Shown here: positions 8,519-20,140 of the stretch, piece by piece
Layout of the letters: each line of letters begins with the position of its first letter
How positions within the stretch are numbered: the first letter of the stretch is position 1
NCBI GenBank assembly: GCA_965248695.1
Contig: CBDFKD010000002.1
Coordinates: 3,008,001 to 3,072,000, forward strand
DNA: 64,000 bases
From: Acidobacteriota bacterium
Lineage (GTDB): Bacteria > Acidobacteriota > UBA890 > WLXD01
Direction: 5' to 3'
The notes under the pieces: model-generated
The model's database searches: none
What the model was told of the DNA's origin: nothing
The model's input: the letters and a program-made list of their open reading frames with translations, nothing else
Position numbers and translations under genes: made by a program

Positions 8519-9627
8519 TAGTTGGTACGAAGCAGCTTATGGCAGAGCAGCTTGGAGAGATTCAACAACAGCTTGCCTGCCGCCACCGGATCCTCACCCA
8601 TGAGCTCGCGCAGGGCGCTTTCGCTCAGCGACAGCACACGTGTGCCGTCCTGGACGGCATAGACATCCGCCGATCTCGGGCTCTCGAGCAGAAACGCCAT
8701 CTCACCGACCACATCGCCCGAGGTGCAAACTGCGACAACGGTGTCGTCGACGCGGATCTCGAGCAGTCCGTCGAGCACCACGAACATGTTATGGGCAACG
8801 TTCCCTTGCTTGATCAGGTGGTCGCCCTGCCGACACTCGATGGTATTGCTCTTGGCGAGGCAGCGCTCCTCCTCGGCCGTTTCGAGGCCATCGAACAGGT
8901 GGATGGGATTCCGCGACAGCTCGAGTGCGCGGTCGACATCGCCCCAGTAGCGCTCCTTGCTGGTGAGCGCAGCGCTCACCACCGCGCCGTGGTTGGCGAG
9001 CAGATCAGCGAGGCACGCGGGCAGGCGGGATTCGGCACCGAAGTCAGGCAGGATAGGGACCAGGCTCGACCCGATCGTGCGCATGTACTCGAGATCCTCT
9101 GGAACCATCACCAGGGGAATCAGATACCCGGTTTCCGGGCTGTTGACGTTCGTACTCGAGTAGGTACGGAACCCCATTCCCATGTAGAGGTTCAACAGGT
9201 GGGGCTCGCAGTCTCCGAACATCAGCTGAATTCGCCGGTCGGCAACGAACTCGAGGTAACGCCTGAACATACGGAAGACGAGGTCGGTTCCACGCTGCTC
9301 CGTGGTCACCATGAAGCGCTCACCGACAACGATCTGCTGGCGGGGGATCTGCTCCAGGAACGGCGCGAGCCCATACTGCTCGACGTGCCGATCGCTGAAG
9401 TGCGCGTCCGCGCCCCAGGTGAGCCGCATCGTACCGACGGTGCCGCCGCAATCATCGCGGGCGTAGTAGAGACGGCTCGCGGCGTCGTCAGGCTCGATCA
9501 GCAGCCGGTTCTCATGGTCGGCGATTGAGCCGTAGCGGTTCATCTCCTGCACGTAGACATCGTAGCGCAGGCGATAGACGGCCTTGTGCTCAGCCTCGGT
9601 CTGGGCACGACCGATCTCAGGCTTCAT
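8518..9627 (-). CDS. GNAT (FeeM/LuxI-like acyltransferase) fused to a C-terminal cyclic-nucleotide-binding domain
   Basis: N-terminal AVYRLRYDVYVQE...VGTMRL...LNLYMGMGF; C-terminal GDVVGEMAFLLESPRSADVYA (cNMP phosphate-binding cassette). Confidence 0.82.
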   Translation of the reverse strand: MKPEIGRAQTEAEHKAVYRLRYDVYVQEMNRYGSIADHENRLLIEPDDAASRLYYARDDCGGTVGTMRLTWGADAHFSDRHVEQYGLAPFLEQIPRQQIVVGERFMVTTEQRGTDLVFRMFRRYLEFVADRRIQLMFGDCEPHLLNLYMGMGFRTYSSTNVNSPETGYLIPLVMVPEDLEYMRTIGSSLVPILPDFGAESRLPACLADLLANHGAVVSAALTSKERYWGDVDRALELSRNPIHLFDGLETAEEERCLAKSNTIECRQGDHLIKQGNVAHNMFVVLDGLLEIRVDDTVVAVCTSGDVVGEMAFLLESPRSADVYAVQDGTRVLSLSESALRELMGEDPVAAGKLLLNLSKLLCHKLLRTN

Positions 9628-9713
9628 GGGTCGAGTCCTGCAGCACGGCGAGGATCGGGATCGGAGCTCGTCTTCCGGATCGCGATCCTAGCCCAGCGCG
9701 GCGGCAGTATCGA

Positions 9714-10451
9714 CTATGGCAGGTGGTCGTGAGCCATGTCCGGAACGTTGTAAGGCACCGGGATGACCTGCTCGGCAAGGCGGAGCTTGAGTAGCTGCAG
9801 CAGCGTTACGTCGATCGGATCGAGCTCCGCCAGCAGCTGCCCTGGAAGCTCGCTGCGTTGCGGCGCCCACGCGTCGTCCTCGCGCGCCAGATCTTGCACT
9901 TGCAGGGCGACGGCGTCGCCGACCGTGATCGGCAACTGGTCGAAGTGCCGCCCGCGAACCACGACCGCGCCGGCGGCAGCGTCGCCGATCGATTCGAGCT
10001 CCATGCGCTCTGGCTCGACCGACACCACGCGCAGGCCCGTCACCACGACTTCAAGGCGCGAACGCGGGCGGCCACCAGCGGCAATCTCAACCAGCGTGAC
10101 TTCCTGTGCGGTACGAACGATATCCAGCCAGGCCTCCCGACTACCGCGGTGATCTAGCAACTGCCCCTCGGCAACCATCCCCTCGAGCTCCCAGTCGGGC
10201 TCCACATACCGGAACTGGAAGCGTAGCGGCTCGTCACTGACGTCGGCGTCCACCAGGGCGACCCCGTTGTCCGACGTGGAGTCGACAACGGTGCTCTCGG
10301 CACCCGGCAACCAGCCATCAATCGCGGCGCTGGCCACCGCAGGTGGAATTGGCGGGGTACTCGGGCCGCAGGCCGAAGCGGCAAGCAATGCTGCCGCCGC
10401 TGCGCACACCCTGGTACGCCGCACGTTCTTCCTCAGCAACTCGCGGTTCAT
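9714..10451 (-). CDS. Hypothetical lipoprotein
   Basis: Basic N-terminus, hydrophobic stretch and LAASAC lipobox; no family recognised. Confidence 0.5.
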   Translation of the reverse strand: MNRELLRKNVRRTRVCAAAAALLAASACGPSTPPIPPAVASAAIDGWLPGAESTVVDSTSDNGVALVDADVSDEPLRFQFRYVEPDWELEGMVAEGQLLDHRGSREAWLDIVRTAQEVTLVEIAAGGRPRSRLEVVVTGLRVVSVEPERMELESIGDAAAGAVVVRGRHFDQLPITVGDAVALQVQDLAREDDAWAPQRSELPGQLLAELDPIDVTLLQLLKLRLAEQVIPVPYNVPDMAHDHLP

Positions 10452-10487
10452 GTCCTACCCTCGTGCGGGGTCATGAGTGGGCATGAG

Positions 10488-10518
10488 AAAACCCCCGCGG
10501 GGCTCGCCCGCGGGGGTT
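10488..10518 (-). terminator. Rho-independent terminator
   Basis: AACCCCCGCGGG-loop-CCCGCGGGGGTT followed by T residues on the minus strand, just downstream of the gene ending at 10544. Confidence 0.75.
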
Positions 10519-10543
10519 AACCCTGCGTAACTCGGGTCTCGGT

Positions 10544-10903
10544 CTAGCTGGCGCTGACGTGCTCGACGCTCGTGACCTTCATGGCCTTGAGGCCATCGCG
10601 CTCCATCATCGTGCCGGTGATCTTGACCTGATGCGCTGCGTGGTTGCTCAGCGACTTGAAGGCGTCCATCTCGGACCGGTCCGGCATCAGCACGAGCACC
10701 TGACCGTCTTCCGTCAGCAGGGAGGCGGGCACGCCCATCTCCAGGCACATCTCGGTGCAGCCGGCCTCTTCGGGGCCATGGGCGCCGGCGGCGTAGCAGG
10801 CCGTGTCGATCACCCTACCGGCGACGGTCTCCTGCATCGGCGCGGCAACCGCGACCGAGGCGACAACCATGACCAGCGCTAGAGCTGAAGCTACTCGCTT
10901 CAT
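10544..10903 (-). CDS. Small secreted Cys/Met/His-rich protein (possible OB-fold, metal-binding)
   Basis: Signal peptide MKRVASALALVMVV; GRVIDTACY...CTEMC and KVxITG-like pattern; AGGAG RBS upstream of 10903. Confidence 0.7.
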   Translation of the reverse strand: MKRVASALALVMVVASVAVAAPMQETVAGRVIDTACYAAGAHGPEEAGCTEMCLEMGVPASLLTEDGQVLVLMPDRSEMDAFKSLSNHAAHQVKITGTMMERDGLKAMKVTSVEHVSAS

Positions 10904-11071
10904 AAGAAGATACTCCTGAGTCGAAGGAATCTTGTTGGGGACGCGGTATTTCCAGGCTAGCAACGGGGGGAGGAACGAGTGTCACGCTCCCGACCAACCG
11001 CGTGACCTAGCATACAGAAGCAGTCACGATTCACCAGGGGCTGGTGGATTCTCGCGACCATGCGGTCGTTC

Positions 11072-11094
11072 ACCCGGTCGCCAAGCGACCGGGT
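11072..11094. terminator. GC-rich hairpin downstream of the gene ending at 11107
   Basis: ACCCGGTCGC-CAA-GCGACCGGGT perfect inverted repeat; no clear U-tract. Confidence 0.45.
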
Positions 11095-11106
11095 TCCCCT
11101 GCTCGG

Positions 11107-13035
11107 CTACTGGTCGCTTTCTGGCGCCGACGCAGGTGCCGACGTGATCTCTACGGGCACCCAGTTGACGTAGCCGATCATCATCTCGTCGAAGGTCTGC
11201 TCGCCCCAGCCGACTTCGTCGGTCGGGTCGGGGTTGGCCGGGTTGTTGGCGCTGTTGTCATACCAGGCAGTGGCCCGCAGGATGGTGCCAGCCGCTACCG
11301 GGCGGGGTGTGCGGAGCTCGTAGTTCAGCTGCCAGTTGAAATCGTAGCGCGGTATCGAAAGCAGCTCCTCGACCTCGCCTTCAGGAGAGACGAGCTCGTA
11401 GCGAAACGCGACGCCGCGGACATGCGTGTGCGGCAGCAGCGACAGCAGCACCGAAGCATCTTCGAATGTGTGCTCCGCGACGACCTCGTGGCGTTCTGCA
11501 CCGGGTGGAATCACGAAGCGCGTGTTGAGCGCCGAGCTCGTCTGAACCTCGGTATGCGCCGGCTCGTCGGCGAAGTGGAGTCCGATCCGGGTCTCATCGA
11601 CCCACGGGCGTCCGTTGGGCGTGTAGTGGAGTTGCACCTTGAGCCATGCGCCGGCGGGTAGCAGCTTGCCGAACCCGTCCGGGTATCGGAGGCCGTCCTG
11701 CCCGGGAACGCTGCTGGCGAAGTAGCTGCGTGCGCCACCCTGGAGCACGCGCTCGGCGTCCGGATCCCCCTCCAGCGCCCGCGCCCGGATGTCCGGGTGC
11801 TCGACGAACAGCAGCGCGTGATGCAGGACCTCGGGAGCGCCAGGGAGAATCTCCACCGCCTGCAGCCAGCGATCCTCGGCGAAGTCCGTCTTGATGTACT
11901 GGTACTGGTAGTCGACTACGCCTTCTCTCGGGACATTGAAAGGCTCGGGAATCGGCAGCTCGGCGTCAGGCTTTCCCAGCGTCCAGCCCTTGGTCCAGCG
12001 AATCGGCATCGGCGCCTCGGCCGGATCACCTTCCGGTGTATCGGCGGCCAGCCACTGGTTGAACGATGCCATCTCCTCGTCGGTGAGCGAAGGATCGTTG
12101 GCCCACTCCTCGTGCCCCTCGGCGAACCAGGGCGGCATGAGGCCGTCAGCAAGCACCCACTCGATCATGTCCTTGCGCCGTACGACGTCCTGATAGTCGA
12201 CCATCGGGAACGGCCCCGCGGCGCCCTCGCGATGGCAGCGCTGACAGCGCGCCTGGACGATGCGGCTTACCCGGTTGTGCCACGTCGGGGCCGCGGCGGC
12301 CACGTCAGCGGCTTCGTCCGGCGCCAGGTAGCAGCCCGGGGCCAGCGTGGCGCGTACGACCGGAAGCGATGCTGAGGCGGTCGCCTCGAGCGCCCCCCGC
12401 AAGTACTCCTGTCCAGCAGCTGGCTTCGTATAGCCGAGCCCGTACTGATCGTCCACCGCCCCGCGGTACATGAGGGTGCGCGCCGCATCCAGCACGAAGA
12501 CCTCGGTCGACGTGACCGCGCCCAATGCCGCAGCGATGCGACCTTCGGGGTCGATAACGTACTCGCCGTCGAAGCCGTACCACTCGATTTCCTGTAGGCC
12601 CTCCGCGGCCGTGCCGTAGGGCATCGGGTCGACATACAGGAAGTCGAAGCCCTGCGGATCGAACTCCGTTTCCATTGCCGCAAGCCGGGGCCCGTACTTC
12701 TTCGACAACGGGCAGCCAGGATCGCGCATGGCGATAACCAGACCTCGCGAACCGGTCAGCTCGGTGAGCCGGACGGCACGCCCCCCGAGTGTGCGCACCT
12801 CGAGGTCCGCAATCAGCTCGCCGACGCGTGGTGCGTCATTACCCAGGACTACGGGCCCGCCGCGATATTGCAAGGCGTGTCCCGCCACCTTTGGCGCAGT
12901 GGCGTTCTGCGCCACCGCGGGCTGCGCCTGGGCCGAGTCGAATGCGATAGCCAACACCGCGGGCGCCAGAAGCAGCCCCCCGAGCGATAGCGCTCGAGTC
13001 GTCGTGCGGTTGCGATGCGAGGTTGTCAGCTTCAT
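11107..13035 (-). CDS. Secreted redoxin + cytochrome c + copper type II (PHM/DBH-like) monooxygenase-domain fusion
   Basis: Redoxin GCPLS...YRGAVDDQY...PGC; heme motif CQRCH; Cu-ligand-like VLHH, LHY, PHTH and DEMM. Confidence 0.8.
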   Translation of the reverse strand: MKLTTSHRNRTTTRALSLGGLLLAPAVLAIAFDSAQAQPAVAQNATAPKVAGHALQYRGGPVVLGNDAPRVGELIADLEVRTLGGRAVRLTELTGSRGLVIAMRDPGCPLSKKYGPRLAAMETEFDPQGFDFLYVDPMPYGTAAEGLQEIEWYGFDGEYVIDPEGRIAAALGAVTSTEVFVLDAARTLMYRGAVDDQYGLGYTKPAAGQEYLRGALEATASASLPVVRATLAPGCYLAPDEAADVAAAAPTWHNRVSRIVQARCQRCHREGAAGPFPMVDYQDVVRRKDMIEWVLADGLMPPWFAEGHEEWANDPSLTDEEMASFNQWLAADTPEGDPAEAPMPIRWTKGWTLGKPDAELPIPEPFNVPREGVVDYQYQYIKTDFAEDRWLQAVEILPGAPEVLHHALLFVEHPDIRARALEGDPDAERVLQGGARSYFASSVPGQDGLRYPDGFGKLLPAGAWLKVQLHYTPNGRPWVDETRIGLHFADEPAHTEVQTSSALNTRFVIPPGAERHEVVAEHTFEDASVLLSLLPHTHVRGVAFRYELVSPEGEVEELLSIPRYDFNWQLNYELRTPRPVAAGTILRATAWYDNSANNPANPDPTDEVGWGEQTFDEMMIGYVNWVPVEITSAPASAPESDQ

Positions 13036-13130
13036 TCGTCCTTGTCCGTCCGCAAGGGCGCCCGAGCGGCGCCGAGAGTCAGGTGAAATAGTATGTCGCC
13101 GGCACCGGGGGAACCACACGAGTGCCGCAG

Positions 13131-13958
13131 CTAGCCACCCGCGATGGCAGAAATTCGCACGCCTCCGACCGCCCCCGACGCAAACAGATCGGCGACCACC
13201 CGGTAGAAGTGCTCGAGGCCGTCGACGATCTCGGGACCGTGGATTTCGACGTTGCGGGCTCGGGCGGCACCGAACGAGTGCGCCCGCTCCGCTGTGAACG
13301 TCGTCCACGGCGCGGACATGTCCTGCACGGCAATATCGGTGAAATGCGCCGCCCGCAGCTGCTCACGGTACTCCTCCGGTGACGGTAGATACGGGCACTG
13401 AACCTCCTGCCGAAGGTCGCGCCATTGTTCCGCGCCGGGCTCCCGGAGCTTCGTGTAGTCCTCTATCCAAAGGTGCCCACCGGGTTCCAACAGCCTGCGG
13501 CAGACGCCCAACAAGCGCCGCCGCTCGGGAATGTGCAGGAACACAAGAAGCGACAGCAGCACGTCGAAGGTGCCGCTGTACAGATCGCTCTCGTCCTCTT
13601 CAGCAAGCACGTCGCCGACACGATGCAGCACCCGATCGGCGAGGCCGCAGCGGCGCGTCAGGTCTTTGCCCAGTCGATGCAGATCCGGCTGCAGCTCGAG
13701 CGCAGTGACCTTGCAGCCCGTGCGCTGGGCAACGTAGCGCGCCGGGCCACCGATACCCGAGCCGACATCGAGCACGCGACTGTCGGGGGCCAACGTGAGC
13801 TCCTCGATCGCCGCATCGAGTGCCTCGACACCGTGGTAGTGGTACTGATCATGCGCGGTGAGATCGTCGACCTCGAGCGGCGCGCCGTCGACGATACCGT
13901 CGGCCTCGAGCTCGGCGTAGATTCGCTCGACGTGATCGTAGAGCTTCATCTCCTTCAT
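13131..13958 (-). CDS. Class I SAM-dependent methyltransferase (sarcosine/dimethylglycine N-methyltransferase-like)
   Basis: DQYHYHG and VLDVGSGIGGPAR motif I; the substrate is inferred. Confidence 0.85.
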   Translation of the reverse strand: MKEMKLYDHVERIYAELEADGIVDGAPLEVDDLTAHDQYHYHGVEALDAAIEELTLAPDSRVLDVGSGIGGPARYVAQRTGCKVTALELQPDLHRLGKDLTRRCGLADRVLHRVGDVLAEEDESDLYSGTFDVLLSLLVFLHIPERRRLLGVCRRLLEPGGHLWIEDYTKLREPGAEQWRDLRQEVQCPYLPSPEEYREQLRAAHFTDIAVQDMSAPWTTFTAERAHSFGAARARNVEIHGPEIVDGLEHFYRVVADLFASGAVGGVRISAIAGG

Positions 13959-13975
13959 CCGAGCATCTCGCGCCG

Positions 13976-15448
13976 TCAGCGCACACGCTCAAACCGCAGT
14001 CCGCTGACGCGGCCGCCATCCAGCGTAAATCGGGTCGCCCGGCCGCTGTCGGAAGGCTCGAACGTCACTGTCAGACGCGGCGCCTCGAACACACCCTGCC
14101 CAGCAGCTCGCAACGGCAGCGGCTCCATACCCGGGATGGTGAGCACGAGATCTCCCGCCGCCGAGCCGACACCGTAGGTGGAGTCGACCTCGCTGCCGTA
14201 GAAGCTACCGACGTAACCGGCGAGCTCGGCAGCAGTCAGCTGCACGCTCGTCCCGGGCTCGTCGGTCGCCGTCTGGGCCCCACGCGACGGGAGCTGCAAC
14301 GGTGCGAGCTCTGGCACCAGCGGCCGCAGGTAGACGTCGGCGATCTCCAGAGCCAGGCGCACGGCGTTGGCAGTGCCGCCGTTCACTGCCGTGAACACCG
14401 CCAGCCCCTGGTCGGGATACCGTACCGTGTGCGCCGTGAAGGCGGCGAAGCCACCAGAATGATGCACGCGCCGCAGCCCGCGGTCATCGTCGAACGTCAG
14501 GCCAAACGCATAGCTCAGCTCGGTGCCATCGTTGAGTGTCCCGCGCTCGCCCATGCGCCCAATGAGCTCCGCATCGCCGCCGTCCAGGTGCGCGAACCAA
14601 TGGCGCATGTCCACCGCGGTGGTAAAGATACCGCCGGCGCCGACGAAATCTCGCTGTGAAAGGTAGAGCCGCCACCAGCCGTCGCCCTCGCCGGCGCGCA
14701 CATAGCCGTAGGCGCGCTCGGGCACAACGGCGCCGTGATCGTCCTTGAACAGCGAGCTGGTCATCCCCAGAGGCTCGAAGATCTCGGCGCGGGCAAACTC
14801 GGCCAGCGTCTTGCCGCTGACGCGCTCCACCAGCACTCCCATCAGGAAGTACCCCGAATTGCTGTAGAGGAATCGCTCCCCTGGCGGGAAGTTCAGGCCG
14901 CGCTGGCGCGCCAGCAGTGCGAACGTCGCATCGGCGGTCGCCAGCTGATCGGATCGGTAACCGGCATAGCGCGCCAGCTCGTTGTAGTCGCGCAGCCCGC
15001 TGGTGTGATGCACCAGGTGGCGGATGGTCACTACCCCCTCCGGATAGCTCGGGATCTCCGGCAAGTGCTTGCGGATGTCGTCGTCCAGATGCAGCTCCCC
15101 ACGCCCGGCAAGAATCGCGATCGCCATCGCCGCGAACTGCTTGGATACCGAGCCCACCCGAAACACCGTCGACGGGGTGTTGGGGATCCCGTACTCCAGA
15201 TTCGCCAGCCCGTAGCCGCGCGCGTAGACGAGATCGCGGTCCAGGTAGACGCCGAGTACACCACCGGGCCCGTCGTCCAGATCGAGGGGCTCCACCAGCG
15301 CGTCGACGGCGGCCGATCGTGCGTCGTTGGCCCCGAATCGGACGGCTGTCGTCCCAGGCCTCGATTCGGCAACGACGCCACAGCCGACGGCTGCGGTCAC
15401 CAGAACGACGATGGCGAGCAGAGGGCATCTGCGGCGAGGTTCGCGCAT
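13976..15448 (-). CDS. Serine hydrolase, beta-lactamase/AmpC-like family, probable lipoprotein
   Basis: GSVSKQF (SxxK), YSNSGY and HSGG motifs; AAVGC lipobox-like sequence. Confidence 0.88.
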   Translation of the reverse strand: MREPRRRCPLLAIVVLVTAAVGCGVVAESRPGTTAVRFGANDARSAAVDALVEPLDLDDGPGGVLGVYLDRDLVYARGYGLANLEYGIPNTPSTVFRVGSVSKQFAAMAIAILAGRGELHLDDDIRKHLPEIPSYPEGVVTIRHLVHHTSGLRDYNELARYAGYRSDQLATADATFALLARQRGLNFPPGERFLYSNSGYFLMGVLVERVSGKTLAEFARAEIFEPLGMTSSLFKDDHGAVVPERAYGYVRAGEGDGWWRLYLSQRDFVGAGGIFTTAVDMRHWFAHLDGGDAELIGRMGERGTLNDGTELSYAFGLTFDDDRGLRRVHHSGGFAAFTAHTVRYPDQGLAVFTAVNGGTANAVRLALEIADVYLRPLVPELAPLQLPSRGAQTATDEPGTSVQLTAAELAGYVGSFYGSEVDSTYGVGSAAGDLVLTIPGMEPLPLRAAGQGVFEAPRLTVTFEPSDSGRATRFTLDGGRVSGLRFERVR

Positions 15449-15540
15449 TGGTCCAAAATCCTCCGAGCTCTGGGAATGCGCGCGCCGCGAAGAATCCCGT
15501 CGCGAAGCCGGCCACATCAGTGCCTCTCGACGGTGGTGCC

Positions 15541-17616
15541 TCATCCGCCGAAGTCCGCGAATCCCTTGCCGTCGGCCACGAGTTGTTCGAGCAATGCCGA
15601 CGGATGCCAAAAACCGTCCTGATCCTGCTGCTCGAAGCGCTTCAGCGCATCGAGCAGCGTCGGCAACCCGACGGCGTCGGCGTAGAACATCGGGCCACCG
15701 CGATAAACCGGCCAGCCGTAACCGCACACCCATGCCACGTCGATGTCGCTTGACCGTGAGCTGATGCCTTCCTCGAGGATCTTGGCGCCCTCGTTGATCA
15801 TCGGATAGATGCTGCGCTGCAGGGTCTCCTCGTCGCTGATTTCGCGACGCGTCGCGCCGGTGGTCTCAGCGAGCTCCAAGATGAGCTTCTCCACCTCCGG
15901 ATCGGGGCTGCCGCCGCGCGTCTCCGGGTCGTATTTGTAGTATCCGGCGCCGGTCTTCTGGCCGCGCCGTCCCCTCTCGCACAGGCGGTCGCGAAGCGTC
16001 TTGCCCTCCGCTGCCTCGCCATCCCAGTGGATGTCGAGACCGGCCAGATCTGCCATCGCGAACGGCCCCATCGGCATGCCGAAGTCGTAGTTGACCCGAT
16101 CGATGTCCCACGGCATCGGCCCCTCGAGCACCATCCGGTCGACCTGCGCGCTGCGCTGAAAGAGCATGCGATTGCCGATGAATCCCGGGCACACGCCCGA
16201 GACGACCGCCACCTTGCGGATTTTCTTGGCGAGCGCCATCACGGTGGCCATGACTTCCTTGGAGGTCTGGCCGGCACGCACGACCTCGAGCAACCGCATG
16301 ACGTTGGCCGGGCTGAAGAAGTGCAAGCCCACCACCATCTCTGGCCGCCCGGTTACCGCCGCGATCTCATTGACGTCGAGCGCCGAGGTGTTGGTGGCCA
16401 GGATGGCGCCGTCCTTGACGATGCCGTCGAGCTTGGTGAATACCTCCAACTTGAGATCCATGTTCTCGAAAACGGCTTCGATGACGAGATCGCAGTCGGC
16501 GACATCATCGAGCGACAGCGTCGGCGCCAGCAGGCCCATGCGCTCGTCGACCTGCTCGGCGGTCATCCGACCGCGCTTGGCGCTGCGCTCGTAGTTGCTC
16601 CGCACGACGCCGAGACCACGGTTGAGCGCTTCCTGGCCCGCCTCGACGATGGTGACCGGTGTTCCGGTGTTGAGGAAGTTCATCGCAATGCCGCCGCCCA
16701 TGGTCCCGGCCCCGATGATTCCAACCGTAGTGATCGGAATCTTCGGCGTGTCCTTGGGAATATCGGGGATCTTGCTCGCGGCGCGCTCGGCGAAGAAGTA
16801 GTGGCGCTGCGCCGCGGATTTGTCGCCGTACATCAGCTCGTCAAACCGCTCGCGCTCGATCCGAAGGGCCTCGTCGAAGGGCTTCGACAGCGCGTCCTCG
16901 ACGCAGCGGACCACCGCCTCGGGAGCGTCGAAGCCGCGTGTCTTGCGAGCAATCGACTTGCGGAACCGGTCGAAGAGCTCCGGCTCCTGTCGAGCTTCGT
17001 CGAGCCTGTGGTCGAGGTCGCGTACCAGCGGCAGCTCCGCGCCGGTCTCGATGACCTTACGGGTGAACGCCAGGCCACCTTCCAGAACGTCGTCGACGAT
17101 CTCGTCGATGAGCCCGTGCTCCAGCGCGAAGTCGGCGCGTACCATGCGGCCCGAGACCATCATATCCAGGCCCCTCTCCACGCCCACCAGCCGCGGTAAT
17201 CTCTGTGTGCCGCCAGCCCCCGGGATGAGCCCGAGATGCACCTCTGGCTGGCCGAACCGCGCGGTGGGCACCGCCACGCGGTAGTGGCAGCACATCGCGG
17301 TCTCCAGGCCACCACCGAGCGCGGTGCCGTGGATCGACGAGATGACCGGCTTGGAAGCGCCCTCGATGACCATCTGCACGTCAAAGAGCGAGGTCCCCTC
17401 GATCGGCTTGCCAAACTCGCGGATATCGGCACCGGCGATGTACGTGCGCCCCTCGCAGACGATGAGAATCGCCGCGGCCGTATCGTCGGCGTCGGCGGCC
17501 GATACCGCCGCGTGCAGCCCGTCGCGGACCCCGCGGCTGAGGGCGTTTACCGGCGGGTTGTCGATATGGACAACCGCGATCCCGTCTTCAACTTGCATCT
17601 GCACCAGGTCGCTCAT
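15541..17616 (-). CDS. Bifunctional enoyl-CoA hydratase / 3-hydroxyacyl-CoA dehydrogenase
   Basis: [40 protein letters not shown] and GLHFFSPA. Confidence 0.95.
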   Translation of the reverse strand: MSDLVQMQVEDGIAVVHIDNPPVNALSRGVRDGLHAAVSAADADDTAAAILIVCEGRTYIAGADIREFGKPIEGTSLFDVQMVIEGASKPVISSIHGTALGGGLETAMCCHYRVAVPTARFGQPEVHLGLIPGAGGTQRLPRLVGVERGLDMMVSGRMVRADFALEHGLIDEIVDDVLEGGLAFTRKVIETGAELPLVRDLDHRLDEARQEPELFDRFRKSIARKTRGFDAPEAVVRCVEDALSKPFDEALRIERERFDELMYGDKSAAQRHYFFAERAASKIPDIPKDTPKIPITTVGIIGAGTMGGGIAMNFLNTGTPVTIVEAGQEALNRGLGVVRSNYERSAKRGRMTAEQVDERMGLLAPTLSLDDVADCDLVIEAVFENMDLKLEVFTKLDGIVKDGAILATNTSALDVNEIAAVTGRPEMVVGLHFFSPANVMRLLEVVRAGQTSKEVMATVMALAKKIRKVAVVSGVCPGFIGNRMLFQRSAQVDRMVLEGPMPWDIDRVNYDFGMPMGPFAMADLAGLDIHWDGEAAEGKTLRDRLCERGRRGQKTGAGYYKYDPETRGGSPDPEVEKLILELAETTGATRREISDEETLQRSIYPMINEGAKILEEGISSRSSDIDVAWVCGYGWPVYRGGPMFYADAVGLPTLLDALKRFEQQDQDGFWHPSALLEQLVADGKGFADFGG

Positions 17617-17670
17617 CTTGCCGATAGCTCCAGCATTGGATTCGTGCTAACACCTCAGGCTCGAAGAGCT

Positions 17671-17691
17671 TATACAGACCGACTGATCGGT
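17671..17691. promoter_or_regulatory. Putative TetR-type operator in the divergent beta-oxidation promoter
   Basis: ACCGA-CTGA-TCGGT palindrome (17678-17691) directly after a TATACA -10-like hexamer. Confidence 0.3.
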
Positions 17692-17726
17692 GCCCGACGG
17701 CACCGACCCGGACGCAGGAGTGGAAG

Positions 17727-18917
17727 ATGCGCGAAGCCGTCGTCGTTGCGAGCTCGCGAACGCCGCTGGCCAAATCGTTCCGCGGCTCGTTCAACATGAC
17801 GCGGCCTGACGACTTCCTGGCCCACTGCATCAAGGACGTGCTGGCCAAGGCGCCGGTGCTCGACGCGGCCGAGCTGGAAGATGTCATCATCGGCTGCGCC
17901 GTACCCGAGGGCACTCAGGGTTCGAACGTTGCCCGCGTGGCGATCATGCGGGCCGAGCTGCCGATGAGCATCGCGGCCACGACGGTGAATCGATTCTGCA
18001 GCTCGGGTCTGCAGGCGGTCGCCATGGCGGCGCACCAGATCATCAACGAAGACGCCGACGCCGCAATCGGTGGCGGCGTCGAGAGCATCACCCAGACGTT
18101 CACCGCTGATGTCAGCCGCAACCCCTGGGTCGATGAGCACGTTCCCGGCGCCTACATGGCGATGGGTGACACGGCCGAAGTGGTGGCGAAGCGCTACCGG
18201 ATCAGCCGTGATGCGCAGGACGAGTACGCGCTCAGCAGCCAGCTGCGCACCGCCGCGGCCCAGCAGGAGGGGCGGCTCGACGAGGAGCTGGCTCCGATGC
18301 AGGTTACGCGCGCCATACTCGACAGGAAGACCGGCGACGTCGTCGGTGAACAGGAGCACCTTCTCGAAGCCGACGAATGCAATCGGCCGGATACCACGCT
18401 CGAGGGACTCGCCAGCCTGAAGCCCTATTTCGACCGTGACAGCGGGCATGGAAGCGTTACTCCAGGCAACTCGTCACAGCTGTCCGACGGCGCATCGGCG
18501 ACCTTGCTCCTGTCGCGCGAGCGTGCCGAGGCGCTGGGAATCCAGCCGAAGCTGGTGTGCCGCGGCCTCGCTGTCGCCGGCTGCGAGCCCGATGAGATGG
18601 GCATCGGACCGGTGGTCGCCGTGCCCAAGCTGTTGCGGCGACACGACCTCACGATCGACGACATCGACCTGTGGGAGCTCAACGAGGCATTCGCGTCGCA
18701 GGTGGTGTACTGCCGAGACCAGCTCGGGCTCGATCCCGACAAGCTCAACGTCAACGGCGGCTCGATCGCCATCGGCCATCCCTTCGGCATGACCGGATCG
18801 CGCATGGTGGGCACGCTGGCCAACGAGATGGCGCGCCGCGAAGCCCGCTACGGCGTGGTGACCATGTGCATCGGCGGCGGACAGGGCGCCGCAGGTCTCT
18901 TCGAGCGGTGCGGGTAG
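17727..18917 (+). CDS. Acetyl-CoA C-acyltransferase (thiolase)
   Basis: NRFCSSG, NEAFA, GHPFG and MCIGGGQG. Confidence 0.95.
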   Translation: MREAVVVASSRTPLAKSFRGSFNMTRPDDFLAHCIKDVLAKAPVLDAAELEDVIIGCAVPEGTQGSNVARVAIMRAELPMSIAATTVNRFCSSGLQAVAMAAHQIINEDADAAIGGGVESITQTFTADVSRNPWVDEHVPGAYMAMGDTAEVVAKRYRISRDAQDEYALSSQLRTAAAQQEGRLDEELAPMQVTRAILDRKTGDVVGEQEHLLEADECNRPDTTLEGLASLKPYFDRDSGHGSVTPGNSSQLSDGASATLLLSRERAEALGIQPKLVCRGLAVAGCEPDEMGIGPVVAVPKLLRRHDLTIDDIDLWELNEAFASQVVYCRDQLGLDPDKLNVNGGSIAIGHPFGMTGSRMVGTLANEMARREARYGVVTMCIGGGQGAAGLFERCG

Positions 18918-18928
18918 GGCCCGGCGCA

Positions 18929-20136
<1,208 letters not shown>

Positions 20137-20140
<4 letters not shown>

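Noticed and set aside
8261-8521. Duplicated 86-aa and 65-aa ORFs (also at 21281-21541) as a small gene family or toxin-antitoxin pair
   Set aside because: They lie within the MITE, lack RBS and domain features, and are explained by the repeat.
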